Assembly: GCA_963668645.2 (NCBI GenBank) | Contig: CAXXWC010000022.1 | Location: 32,001 to 96,000, forward strand | Reading direction: 5' to 3' | Length of the DNA stretch: 64,000 bases | Origin: Desulfobacterales bacterium | GTDB taxonomy: Bacteria > Desulfobacterota > Desulfobacteria > Desulfobacterales > UBA2174 | Part shown: positions 48,442-57,603 of the stretch, piece after piece | Position numbering within the stretch: position 1 is the first letter of the stretch | Layout of the letters: each line of letters opens with the position of its first letter | Notes under the pieces: generated by a model | What the model was told of the DNA's origin: nothing | The model's input: only the letters and a program-made list of their open reading frames with translations | Databases searched by the model: none | Position numbers and translations under genes: made by a program

Positions 48442-49719
48442 ATGAGCCAAGACTATCGTGACATGTGGACCGGCCTCGGGCTGGATCTTGACGCCCACGA
48501 CGCCCTGCTGGGCGTTCTCGGAAAATTCTACCAGGACATCTACCTGGCCCAGGAAAACCGTCCCGAAGGGATGAAGTACTTCGACTTCGTCATGAGTGAG
48601 GTCCACGGCCTGCGCATCAAGGAGCTTTTGGACGAAAAAGCCGCCGGCCGCAAGATCATCGGCTCGTACTGTGTTTTTGTCCCGGAAGAGATCGTGCTGG
48701 CCGCCGATGCCACCCTGGTAGGGCTGTGCGCCGGGGCCGACTTCGCCATGGAAGAGGCTGAAAAGATGCTGCCCAGAAACACCTGCGCCCTGATCAAATC
48801 CTCCTTCGGATTCAAGCTCGGCAAGGTCTGCCCCTACCTGGAGGCCTCCGACATGATCGTGGGTGAAAACACCTGCGACGGCAAGAAAAAGGCCTACGAG
48901 TCGCTGGACACGCTGGTTGACAACCTCTACGTGATGGACATCCCCCAGGTCAAATCGGAAAAGGGAAAAGATCTGCTCAAAACCGAATACTGGCGCTTCA
49001 AAGAGGCGATGGAAAACCTCACCGGGGTGACCATCGACGCCGAGCGGCTCAAAGAGGGGATCCGTACGGTCAACGCCAAACGCAAAGCCCTGCATCGCCT
49101 CTCGGCCCTGCGGGCCGCGGATCCGGCCCCGATCTCGGGCCTGGACGCCCTGCTGGCCAGCCAGGTTTCCTTTTACGACAATCCCCAGCGATTCACCGAG
49201 GCGGTGAACAAGATCTGCGACGAACTCGAGCAGCAGATCGCCGCCCAAAAAGGCGTCTTTGCCCAAGATACACCGCGCCTGATCGTTTCAGGATGCCCCA
49301 TGGCGGTGCCCAGTTGGAAACTGCCCTGGATCGTGGAAAGCGCCGGGGCCGTGATCGTGGGCGAGGAATCCTGCGTGGGCGAACGTGGGATCCGCAACCT
49401 GACCGACGATTCGGGTCAATCGGTCGAGGCCCTGATGGAGGCCATCGTGGAGCGCTACTTCAAGATCAACTGCGCCATTTTCACCCCCAATCCGGAACGC
49501 CGGGCCCACGTCGAGGAGATGGTGAGCGCTTACAACGCCGACGGCGTGATCCACTACGGCCTGCTCTTCTGCCAGCCCTATCTGATGGAATCCATCCCTG
49601 TGGCCAAGGCCCTGGAGGCCGAAGGCATCCCCACCCTGCGCATCGATACGGACTACAGCATGGAGGATGTGGGACAGTTGAAAACACGCATCGAGGCGTT
49701 TGTGGAAATGCTGCGGTAA
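48442..49719 (+). CDS. 2-hydroxyacyl-CoA dehydratase-family protein, double-cubane cluster (DCCP) type
   Basis: YCVFVPEE, GLCAG, NTCALIKS, CPY, ENTCDGKKK, EESC, CAIF.PN, FCQPY, TDYS, RIEAF. Confidence 0.85.
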   Translation: MSQDYRDMWTGLGLDLDAHDALLGVLGKFYQDIYLAQENRPEGMKYFDFVMSEVHGLRIKELLDEKAAGRKIIGSYCVFVPEEIVLAADATLVGLCAGADFAMEEAEKMLPRNTCALIKSSFGFKLGKVCPYLEASDMIVGENTCDGKKKAYESLDTLVDNLYVMDIPQVKSEKGKDLLKTEYWRFKEAMENLTGVTIDAERLKEGIRTVNAKRKALHRLSALRAADPAPISGLDALLASQVSFYDNPQRFTEAVNKICDELEQQIAAQKGVFAQDTPRLIVSGCPMAVPSWKLPWIVESAGAVIVGEESCVGERGIRNLTDDSGQSVEALMEAIVERYFKINCAIFTPNPERRAHVEEMVSAYNADGVIHYGLLFCQPYLMESIPVAKALEAEGIPTLRIDTDYSMEDVGQLKTRIEAFVEMLR

Positions 49720-49737
49720 CCGGTATTTTTATAGATA

Positions 49738-49782
49738 TGATAACGATTACTACTTGCAATCCGGCTTTTGGATTCTTATTGT
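49738..49782 (+). promoter_or_regulatory. Fur/PerR-like box and sigma70 promoter
   Basis: TGATAAC-G-ATTACTA at 49738-49752, next to TTGCAA-17-TATTGT, upstream of the peroxiredoxin. Confidence 0.55.
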
Positions 49783-49896
49783 GACTGATAAGACAGTTCT
49801 GCCGCCAGGAGAGACCTTGGCCTTCCGTTAAAGGCGCTGATCTTAGCGGCAGACCCCTTTGAATGAAAAATGCTGATGATGAAAGGAGACCGAAAG

Positions 49897-50547
49897 ATGG
49901 AAGAGACAAAAGCCGGAATGCCCCTGCTGGGTGACCTCTTTCCCGAACTGAAGGTTCAGACCACCCACGGGCCGATGCAGCTGCCCGGCGACCTGAAAGG
50001 CAAATGGTTCGTATTTTTCAGCCACCCGGCCGATTTCACACCTGTGTGCACGACGGAATTCGTGGCCTTTCAAAAACGCTACGAGCAGTTCCAGGCCCTT
50101 GGCTGTGAATTGGTCGGGATGTCGATCGATCAGGTTTTTTCCCATATCAAATGGGTCCAGTGGATCAAAACAGCCCTGGATGTGGAGATCAAGTTTCCCA
50201 TCGTCGCGGCCAACGATGCCGTGGCCATGAAGCTCGGGATGCTGCACCCGGGCAAAGGCACCAACACGGTGCGCGCCGTGTTCATCTGCGATCCGCAAGG
50301 CAAGGTGCGCCTGATCATGTACTACCCGCAGGAAATCGGACGCAACATGGATGAAATCCTGCGCGTGGTCAAAGCCTTGCAAGTATCGGACAAGCAGGGG
50401 GCCGTGGCGGCCGGATGGCCGGAAAACGAGCTGATCGGCGACCGGATCATCGTCCCGCCGGCCACCAACGAGGCCGATGCCGCCAAGCGCGCGGATCAAT
50501 ACGAGTGCTATGATTGGTGGTTCTGCCACAAGCCGTTGGAAAAATGA
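49897..50547 (+). CDS. Peroxiredoxin (Prx6-like)
   Basis: [22 protein letters not shown]-terminal CYDWWFC. Confidence 0.93.
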   Translation: MEETKAGMPLLGDLFPELKVQTTHGPMQLPGDLKGKWFVFFSHPADFTPVCTTEFVAFQKRYEQFQALGCELVGMSIDQVFSHIKWVQWIKTALDVEIKFPIVAANDAVAMKLGMLHPGKGTNTVRAVFICDPQGKVRLIMYYPQEIGRNMDEILRVVKALQVSDKQGAVAAGWPENELIGDRIIVPPATNEADAAKRADQYECYDWWFCHKPLEK

Positions 50548-50603
50548 GCCGTCCGGCACCGGCCGGACCCGACACCACGAAGCATCAAAAGGAGGATCCC
50601 AAG

Positions 50604-50813
50604 ATGAAATACGGCGCCAGAAACCAAATCCGGGCCAAGGTGGAATCCATCCAGAGCGGCGAGATCATGTCCCTTGTCAAGTGCCGGGTGGAAGACCCTG
50701 TGCAGATGGGATCGGTGCTGACCACCGAATCGGTCAAGGAGCTCAATTTGGCCCCCGGTGACGAGGTGCTGCTGGTGATCAAGGCCATTCACGTGCTTCC
50801 GGTAAAACCCTAA
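50604..50813 (+). CDS. TOBE/molbindin (Mop) protein
   Basis: GARNQ, SVLT.ESV.EL.L..GD, IKA. Confidence 0.88.
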   Translation: MKYGARNQIRAKVESIQSGEIMSLVKCRVEDPVQMGSVLTTESVKELNLAPGDEVLLVIKAIHVLPVKP

Positions 50814-50836
50814 CCGAACAGGGGAAGTGACAGCGG

Positions 50837-51589
50837 ATGCGCACGGTGGGAATCGATATCGGCTCGCGCACGATCAAACTGGCCGTTTGGGACGACGGAA
50901 AAATTATCGAAACCCGCCAGGACGATACCGGCTTCGACCCGTTGACCCGGGCACGCAGGCTGCTCCAAGGAGTGGCCTGCGACCGCATCATGGCCACCGG
51001 GTACGGCCGCAATCTGCTGGAAGTCGCCCTGGATGCGCCGACGGTGACCGAAATAAAAGCCCATGCCACCGGCGCCCGCTATCATTTCCCCCAGGCGCGC
51101 ACCGTGCTGGACATCGGCGGCCAGGACAGCAAGGCCATCGCCCTGAATGTCCAAGGCAAGGTGGTCAAGTTCGAAATGAACGACCGCTGCGCCGCCGGAA
51201 CCGGCAAGTTTCTCGAGATCATGGCCAAATCTCTCGGGTTCGAACTGGATGAATTCGGGGACCAGGCGGCCATGGCCGGCAAGGATCTGACCATCAACAG
51301 CATGTGCACGGTGTTCGCCGAATCCGAGGTCACATCCCTGGTGGCCCGGGGCGAGGATCGTAACGAAATCGCCCTGGGCCTCCACAAATCCATCGTCCGG
51401 CGGGCCGTCGGAATGCTCAAACGCGTGCATGAAGGCGGCCCGGTGGTCTTCAGCGGCGGGGTCGCGCACAACCCCTGCATCCGCGACCTCGTCCAGCAAA
51501 GCCTGCACCAGGATCTCCTGGTGGCCGGCGATCCCCAGACGACCGGCGCCATCGGCGCGGCCCTGATCGCCGCCGGCAACGGCGCATAG
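50837..51589 (+). CDS. ASKHA-type activase (HgdC/DCCP-R-like)
   Basis: GIDIGS, ATGYGR, DIGGQDSK, MNDRCAAGTG, CTVFAESE. Confidence 0.93.
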   Translation: MRTVGIDIGSRTIKLAVWDDGKIIETRQDDTGFDPLTRARRLLQGVACDRIMATGYGRNLLEVALDAPTVTEIKAHATGARYHFPQARTVLDIGGQDSKAIALNVQGKVVKFEMNDRCAAGTGKFLEIMAKSLGFELDEFGDQAAMAGKDLTINSMCTVFAESEVTSLVARGEDRNEIALGLHKSIVRRAVGMLKRVHEGGPVVFSGGVAHNPCIRDLVQQSLHQDLLVAGDPQTTGAIGAALIAAGNGA

Positions 51590-51818
51590 TCGATGCCCCC
51601 CTTCCCCTTGGGCGTGATGAGAAACTCCGATTAGATACAAGCAAAAACGGCATCGACATAGCTTTCCAGATCTATCAAGATCCTTGTAAACCCGCTTCAA
51701 AAATGATCCAAACCGATCGTTCCGGGCCATAAGCCGGTATTGGTTGAACATTGGCCGACAGGGCGCGTCCGTCACCGGTGGAGTCGATTGTTTTCGTCTC
51801 TGGACGGGATTTCATCGT

Positions 51819-52327
51819 TGCTCCCTTCCGTCATTCCGGGCCTGACCCGGAATCCATGCCTCAAAGCGCTCCAAAATCGGCCCATCATCACCGTGTCGCC
51901 GGAAACCTCCATCAGCACCAAGTCCGAATTCCGCCATTCCAGGAAGCCCATTTTGCTATTTTGAAAAAGCCGTAAAAAATGCCGAATTGCTCCTTTCCGT
52001 CATTCCGGACCTGATCCGGAATCCATGCCTCAAAGCGCTCCAAAATCAACCGATTATCACCGTGGTACCGGAAACCTCCATCAGCACCAGATCCGAATTC
52101 CGCCATTCCAGGGAGCCCGTTTTATCATTCTGAAAAAGCCGTAAAAAATGCCGAATACCTCCCTTCCGTCATTCCGGGCCTGACCCGGAATCCATTTTTC
52201 ATAGCGCTCCGGAATCGACCGATCATCACCGTGTTGTCACTGGAAACCACCATCAGCACCAGATCCCAATCCCGTCATTCCGGGAAGCCCTCTTTGTCAT
52301 TCCGAGGAGCCTGCGACGAGGAATCCC
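51819..52327. repeat. Three tandem 169-bp units with GTCATTCCGG...CCGGAATC palindromes
   Basis: Palindromes start at 51828, 51997 and 52166; a variant lies at about 52295. Confidence 0.88.
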
Positions 52328-52409
52328 AACCTACCCATATCATGTACTCATGAAAAGCCTCACACATCGCTCAGAGTCCATCCCGCAAATTATTTTTCCT
52401 GACTTATGA

Positions 52410-52760
52410 CCCTTGAATACACCACCATCAGAAGTTTGGGCCGCTTGCTTCCCCTGACTGTCAATTTTTGGGTTGATTTTCAGGCTTCAAACATGCCTAT
52501 AAAAATAATCAAGCACAGATGGCTTGATTCCGGGTGGATGCCGCTACGTTGCCGGCAACCGCCAGATTGGTCAAGAACCGGTCGATTTTCAGCGCTCATA
52601 CCCTTGGGGGGCTTTTTCCATGGAACGGAATATTGCATCTGCCCCAGTCGATGTATGTCTCCTCGTTGTAGATGGCGTAATGTCTGCGCTGGATCGCGTC
52701 TCGGATCTGGTCGAGTTGCTTTTGTGGAGGTCGGTCCCTGGTCGCCTGCTTGTTTGATGC
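52410..52760 (-). pseudogene. intI: Integron integrase, degenerate N-terminal remnant
   Basis: LDQIRDAIQRRHY...YIDW...FHGK, FLTNLAVAGNVAASTRNQA, KRPK; several stops and no catalytic domain. Confidence 0.85.
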
Positions 52761-52978
52761 TTGAGCACTGAAACAGGGATGCAGCATAATATTTGCAACT
52801 GATTGTATATATAGATTTTTTTCATATTTTTGTTCCATAGACGACTTATTGCATGCCGGATAAACCATTATCCCGGGAGGCGCGGCCTATATCGAAACAG
52901 GTGGTTGGCCCAGCCTAACTCGATAAAAGTGGCAACCTAACCTGCCGGTCTGATGGGATATTTGGTCGGGAGCCAGAA

Positions 52979-53012
52979 TTGGTTTGGGAGCCCAAACCAA
53001 TAATTGTTAGCA
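52979..53012 (+). other. Probable attI site
   Basis: GTTAGCA core at 53006 complements R'' TGCTAAC of the first attC; lies upstream of the divergent intI. Confidence 0.7.
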
Positions 53013-53027
53013 GCACAAGGAGAGATA

Positions 53028-53975
53028 GTGAGTATCCTTAAAAATGCAATTGACTCAATCGCTATAGGTCTTGAAGACTATGAATCTCCAGATGAAAGAA
53101 GAATCATTTCTTCAACAAGAAATATTTTTGCTGGGATCCTTCTTCTGTTTAAACATAAACTTTGTGAACTTAGCCCATCAGGTTCTGATGAAGCCCTCAT
53201 TAAACAGAAAGTGCTTCCGGCAATAGATGCCACAGGGGCTGTTAATTGGATTGGCAAAGGCAACAAAACTGTTGATGTCCAAAATATTAAAGAACGTTTT
53301 AAATCATTAAATATTGAAGTTGAGTGGGAAAGACTCGAAAGGATAAATAAATATCGTAATGATATAGAGCATTATTATAGCACTCTTAGAACTGAATCTG
53401 TTCAACAATTGATATCAGATTCATTCATTATTATAAGAGATTTTATATCTGATGAATTAAATGAAGATCCCAAAAAGATACTCGGTGAAGAATCTTGGGC
53501 AATACTCGTAGAAGTCAATGAAGTTTATGAAAAAGAAAAGTTAGAGTGTAATACATCTATAGAACGACTTGAATATTATAGTAGTGAAATTGCCAATGCC
53601 TTTATAGCCTTTCAATGCAGCGAATGTGGCTCTGACCTTATAGAATCAACTAAAAATGGTGGTGATGCATTAGAGTCGAGTTTTTGCTGCCGTTCATGTG
53701 GCCATACAGAGGCTTATGAGGAGATTGTCAGGCAGGCTGTTTCTGACTATTATGCTGGAGAAGTTTATCTGTCTTTTACTGATGGTGGTGATATCCCAAT
53801 TATTGATTGTCCTGAGTGCAATGGAATCTATCTATATAATGAAGGTATTTGTTCTTCTTGCGGGTATACAGCTGAACATACTTGTCAAAGGTGCGGTTCG
53901 TCAATAATGCCGGAAGAGTTATCCGAAGAACCGTTTTGTGGCTACTGTTCACATATGATGTCGAAAGATGATTGA
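53028..53975 (+). CDS. Cassette 1: HEPN-like protein with C-terminal zinc ribbons
   Basis: RNDIEH (RxxxxH) plus six CxxC motifs; AT-rich; GTG start after AAGGAG. Confidence 0.7.
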   Translation: MSILKNAIDSIAIGLEDYESPDERRIISSTRNIFAGILLLFKHKLCELSPSGSDEALIKQKVLPAIDATGAVNWIGKGNKTVDVQNIKERFKSLNIEVEWERLERINKYRNDIEHYYSTLRTESVQQLISDSFIIIRDFISDELNEDPKKILGEESWAILVEVNEVYEKEKLECNTSIERLEYYSSEIANAFIAFQCSECGSDLIESTKNGGDALESSFCCRSCGHTEAYEEIVRQAVSDYYAGEVYLSFTDGGDIPIIDCPECNGIYLYNEGICSSCGYTAEHTCQRCGSSIMPEELSEEPFCGYCSHMMSKDD

Positions 53976-53978
53976 TGC

Positions 53979-54038
53979 TGCTAACAAGGCTACTGCAGCC
54001 GACGCAAAAAGCCGCGCGGCTGAGTAGCAGCGTTAGCC
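53979..54038 (+). other. attC site 1
   Basis: TGCTAAC...palindromic arms...GTTAGCC, 60 bp. Confidence 0.92.
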
Positions 54039-54098
54039 GGGGATAATGACAAGAAGCAATTTACAGAAAACTTAAACACTGACAGAAGGCTTCATATC

Positions 54099-54359
54099 AT
54101 GAATCAAAATGAAAAACCGCCAATAGAGGCTGGTGATGTCCGAATTGGAGAGGGCAATCCAACCCCTTTTCTGATTATCAATTTTTCTGCTAAAGAGCCT
54201 AAAAGACGCATTTCGTTAGTTGTAAATGCAATTGAAGAACTTTATAGGGCACTTGGTGGAGGTCGATTAGAAAGGGATCTAATTATAGAATCTGATGGAA
54301 TTCAAATGTTGTTTGAATCAAAGGTAGCCAATAATGGAAAAAAACAAACAGCATCTTGA
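54099..54359 (+). CDS. Cassette 2 ORF A, hypothetical
   Basis: AT-rich ORF following attC1. Confidence 0.55.
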   Translation: MNQNEKPPIEAGDVRIGEGNPTPFLIINFSAKEPKRRISLVVNAIEELYRALGGGRLERDLIIESDGIQMLFESKVANNGKKQTAS

Positions 54360-54771
54360 ACGCCAATTCGTTCGTTTAATTGAAAAAGATCCAAGATGGG
54401 AGAGGCTCTCAGAAGATTTGTTTACCTTAATTGAGGGATTGGTTAAGTCAGTCTCAAAAAATAGCGATTCAAATGAAGGGAGAAAGGTCTCTTCGGCAGA
54501 GGCGGCGTTTAGCATTGCATCTGACTGGGCTAAAGCGAAAGTTGACAAGCCAATACTTGAAACTGAAAAACTAAAAGCAGAGATTCGTCGAATTCACTCT
54601 GAAGCTGAGACTAACGAAGCCCAGGCTGAAGCAACTCGTCTTGAAAACTCACTGAAAAAACTTGAATTCGCAATAAAGTCTCTTGAATATGCCGAGAAGG
54701 TTACGTTAGTTAGGGAAAAACAAGGTGGTGCGAAATTTACCTTAGCTGATTATTCTGATCCAGAAGATTGA
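54334..54771 (+). CDS. Cassette 2 ORF B, coiled-coil hypothetical
   Basis: Overlaps ORF A and ends before the split attC2. Confidence 0.6.
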   Translation: MEKNKQHLERQFVRLIEKDPRWERLSEDLFTLIEGLVKSVSKNSDSNEGRKVSSAEAAFSIASDWAKAKVDKPILETEKLKAEIRRIHSEAETNEAQAEATRLENSLKKLEFAIKSLEYAEKVTLVREKQGGAKFTLADYSDPED

Positions 54772-54810
54772 GAAGAATATTGTAGGAACTGATATTAAAA
54801 AAATTTGGCT

Positions 54811-56745
54811 ATCGGGATAGGGAGTGACCTCACGGCCACCCCCTCCCACACCACCCGGCATACGGATCGCGTACCAAGGCGGTTCGGCTGATCAGGAAGG
54901 TTAATTTCCGGGAAGGTATAATCCTTTTTCGATGAAATAGCGCTCCGGCATTGCGATGACGACCCACTTGACCTTGCTCATCCGCCAGTGTTTCTTGCGG
55001 GCATTCCCGCAGGTCATGGCATGCGCGTGGTCGATACCGAGCTTTTCGAGATTGTGTACTTTGGTTCTCGGGTTCTTCCACTGTTTCCAGACGAGACAGC
55101 GAAGCCGCCTGATGGTCCAGGTTTTCAGTGCTTTCAGGATGTGCCTGGCTTCGGCGAGGCGGAAGTAATTCCACCACCCTCTGAGGTACATGTTCAGCTC
55201 TTTGACAACCTGGTGCAGACTTTTCCCACAGTTCCGGTCCGTCAGTTCCCGGACCCGACGCTTGAACCGCTCAGTGGTTTTGGCGTGGATTCGGATTTTC
55301 GACTGGCCGTACATGTGGAAAAACGTAAATCCGAGGAACTTGCGCAACCACGGACGACTGACAGCGCTTTTCTCCTCGTTTACCTTGAGCCTGAGTCTGA
55401 CGGTCAAGAACCTGGTGATGCTCGCGTACACCCGCTCGGCCGCTTTAAGGCTTTTGCAGTAGATCCTGAAGTCGTCGGCGTATCTGACGAATTTGTGCCC
55501 TCTGGCTTCCAATTCCTTATCCAGTTCGTCCAGGACGACATTGGAAAGTAGTGGTGACAGCGGTCCGCCCTGGGGCGTGCCTTCGTCAGTATAGATCACC
55601 ACACCGTTGATCATCGTTCCGGCGTTCAGGTACCCGCGGATCAACTTCAGTACACGTTTGTCCGCCATCCTGGACGCCAGCCGACTCATCAGCCGGTCGT
55701 GGTTGACCCGGTCGAAGAACTTCGACAGATCCATGTCGACAACGTAGGTATATCCATCCAGCAGGTATTGCTTGGACTGCAGGAGCGCATCGTGGGCCGA
55801 TCTTCCAGGTCTGAATCCATAGCTGAACTCGGAAAAGATCGGATCCCAGATCTGCCCCACCATCTGGGCAATGGCCTGTTGGATGACCCTGTCCAGCACG
55901 GTTGGAATCCCGAGCAGGCGAACCCCGCCGTCCGGTTTGTCGATCTCCTTTCGCCTCACCGGCAAGGGTTGGTAGCTCCCATCGAGCAATGCCGCCCTGA
56001 TTTTCGGCCAGTGCCGCCTCAGGTAGACTCCGATCTGATCGACGGTAATCTTGTCAATGCCCGGAGCGCCCTTGTTGGCACAAACCTGTTTCAGGGCCAT
56101 GAACATATTCCGGCGGTCAAGGATCATTTCCAGCAGCCGGTCATTTCCTCCCAGACTTTCGGACATCTGCGACGCTATGAACATTTCCATCTGCTGAGGC
56201 CTTATGTTCATAAGTACGCACCTCCTACTGGTCAGTATCATTTACCCAAACCATTCGGCTGGGTACCGTTCGGGCCTTCGTCGGGGTGAGACTTCCGGGT
56301 ATTCTTCTCCCTTTATTTGGGAGGCCCGGCTCGTTTCCACCGGCTACTATGCCCTCTGCTGACTTCTGCCTCGCGGTAGCCTCCCCTTACGGTTTGGTCA
56401 GTCCGCCGAAACGGACGGCAAGGCAGCTCTCCCGGGGTGAACACGCATCTTTCCGCACGTGAACGCCGAGTATACGTCCTTGGCCTATGATGGATAGAGG
56501 ACTTCGCCTTGTGTTGCAGGCTCGTCCCACCAAGACCGCCTGACTCGATTCTTGTTCATCGCCCCGTGCGTTCGCGGTACCCTGCCGCAGCAGGGCGGCC
56601 TCCTTCCCAGACCCCGTCGCCGGAAGCCCGGTTGCCATACCGCTATGCCCTTCGCCTCCACCTGGCTGGGCTTGGGACTTGCTGAGGCCGCAGATATCGG
56701 GTAAGCTCAGCGCACCCTTGAGAATACGTGCCGTGCCCGGCACAC
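54811..56745 (-). mobile_element. Group IIC-attC intron
   Basis: 5' end GTGTG, 3' end CCTATCCCGAT, domain V GAACCGCC...CGTATGCCGGGTGG; splits the attC R'' box GGCT^AAC. Confidence 0.92.
54901..56211 (-). CDS. ltrA: Group II intron reverse transcriptase/maturase
   Basis: GAPGID, RLLGIPTVLDR, SYGFRPG, DLSKFFD, GTPQGGPLSP, RYADD, domain X; no endonuclease domain. Confidence 0.95.
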   Translation of the reverse strand: MNIRPQQMEMFIASQMSESLGGNDRLLEMILDRRNMFMALKQVCANKGAPGIDKITVDQIGVYLRRHWPKIRAALLDGSYQPLPVRRKEIDKPDGGVRLLGIPTVLDRVIQQAIAQMVGQIWDPIFSEFSYGFRPGRSAHDALLQSKQYLLDGYTYVVDMDLSKFFDRVNHDRLMSRLASRMADKRVLKLIRGYLNAGTMINGVVIYTDEGTPQGGPLSPLLSNVVLDELDKELEARGHKFVRYADDFRIYCKSLKAAERVYASITRFLTVRLRLKVNEEKSAVSRPWLRKFLGFTFFHMYGQSKIRIHAKTTERFKRRVRELTDRNCGKSLHQVVKELNMYLRGWWNYFRLAEARHILKALKTWTIRRLRCLVWKQWKNPRTKVHNLEKLGIDHAHAMTCGNARKKHWRMSKVKWVVIAMPERYFIEKGLYLPGN

Positions 56746-56800
56746 AACCACTGCTTCCAGCCGACGCTCGTACCTCGCGCGGCTGAAGCATACGTTAGGC
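56746..56800 (+). other. attC site 2 (remainder; first bases at 54804-54810)
   Basis: AAC...CAGCCG...CGGCTG...GTTAGGC. Confidence 0.9.
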
Positions 56801-56811
56801 ATTAACGAACT

Positions 56812-57318
56812 ATGTGTACAACTACAACATCACCAGGCTCACTGTCAGATATCGAGAAGGCCAGATTAGACCACCTCAAACTTCAATACGAAGAAGGGGC
56901 ACGGATCATTCGCTACTATATCGAATGTCGTTATAAGATATTGCAGTTTGTTGGGTATTTTAACGCTGCAATCTTAACCTTTGGGTTCAGCCAAAATGTA
57001 CTTCTTTCTTCCGAGAAGGCATTCGCTGGTTTGTGCGTATGTTTCCTTGCCATCTTTGTAGCATTGATGGGATTCGCAACAGAATACTCAGTTACATCAT
57101 ATATTTATGGCTATTTTGAAGCTTTGAGAGAAACCGAAAAGTCCTATACAACTATTCTGGGTTCTGCTATCCCAACAGGAATAATTACGCACAGCAGGAC
57201 AACCATTTTGAAAAGTAAAATTCACAAGATTCTACCAGTGCACCGTGCACACAAAATATTCTATAGTCTGCTGCTTGTGTTTTGGGCTATTCTCACTGCC
57301 TTACAGGCAACTTTATAA
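56812..57318 (+). CDS. Cassette 3: hypothetical membrane protein
   Basis: About three hydrophobic segments; lies between attC sites. Confidence 0.7.
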   Translation: MCTTTTSPGSLSDIEKARLDHLKLQYEEGARIIRYYIECRYKILQFVGYFNAAILTFGFSQNVLLSSEKAFAGLCVCFLAIFVALMGFATEYSVTSYIYGYFEALRETEKSYTTILGSAIPTGIITHSRTTILKSKIHKILPVHRAHKIFYSLLLVFWAILTALQATL

Positions 57319-57328
57319 TTTAAACACG

Positions 57329-57390
57329 GCCTAACATGCTGGTGCTAGGGACCGCTCGTACCTCGCGGCCTCAGACCAGCGGCGTTAGCC
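57329..57390 (+). other. attC site 3
   Basis: GCCTAAC...GTTAGCC with paired arms. Confidence 0.9.
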
Positions 57391-57603
57391 CTTGGAAAAC
57401 ACTATGAGAACTGAAGATTTTTTCAAATTATCAATGGAGCAATTATTGGGGCTCGAAAAAACAGAAGTCGATAAATATTTCAAAAAATTTAGAAGAAACT
57501 TCAAAAATATACCAAGTGTTTTAGAGTCATTAGACAAAAATATAACAGACAATAATGGAGCCCCACTAACGACAAAAGAAATTAATGCAGATGTTGAAAT
57601 ATT

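Noticed and set aside
51819..52327. CRISPR array
   Set aside because: The inter-palindrome segments are near-copies of each other, so this is a tandem repeat
54901..56211. RT as a retron, DGR or defence RT
   Set aside because: Has group II intron ends, domain V, domain X and an attC target
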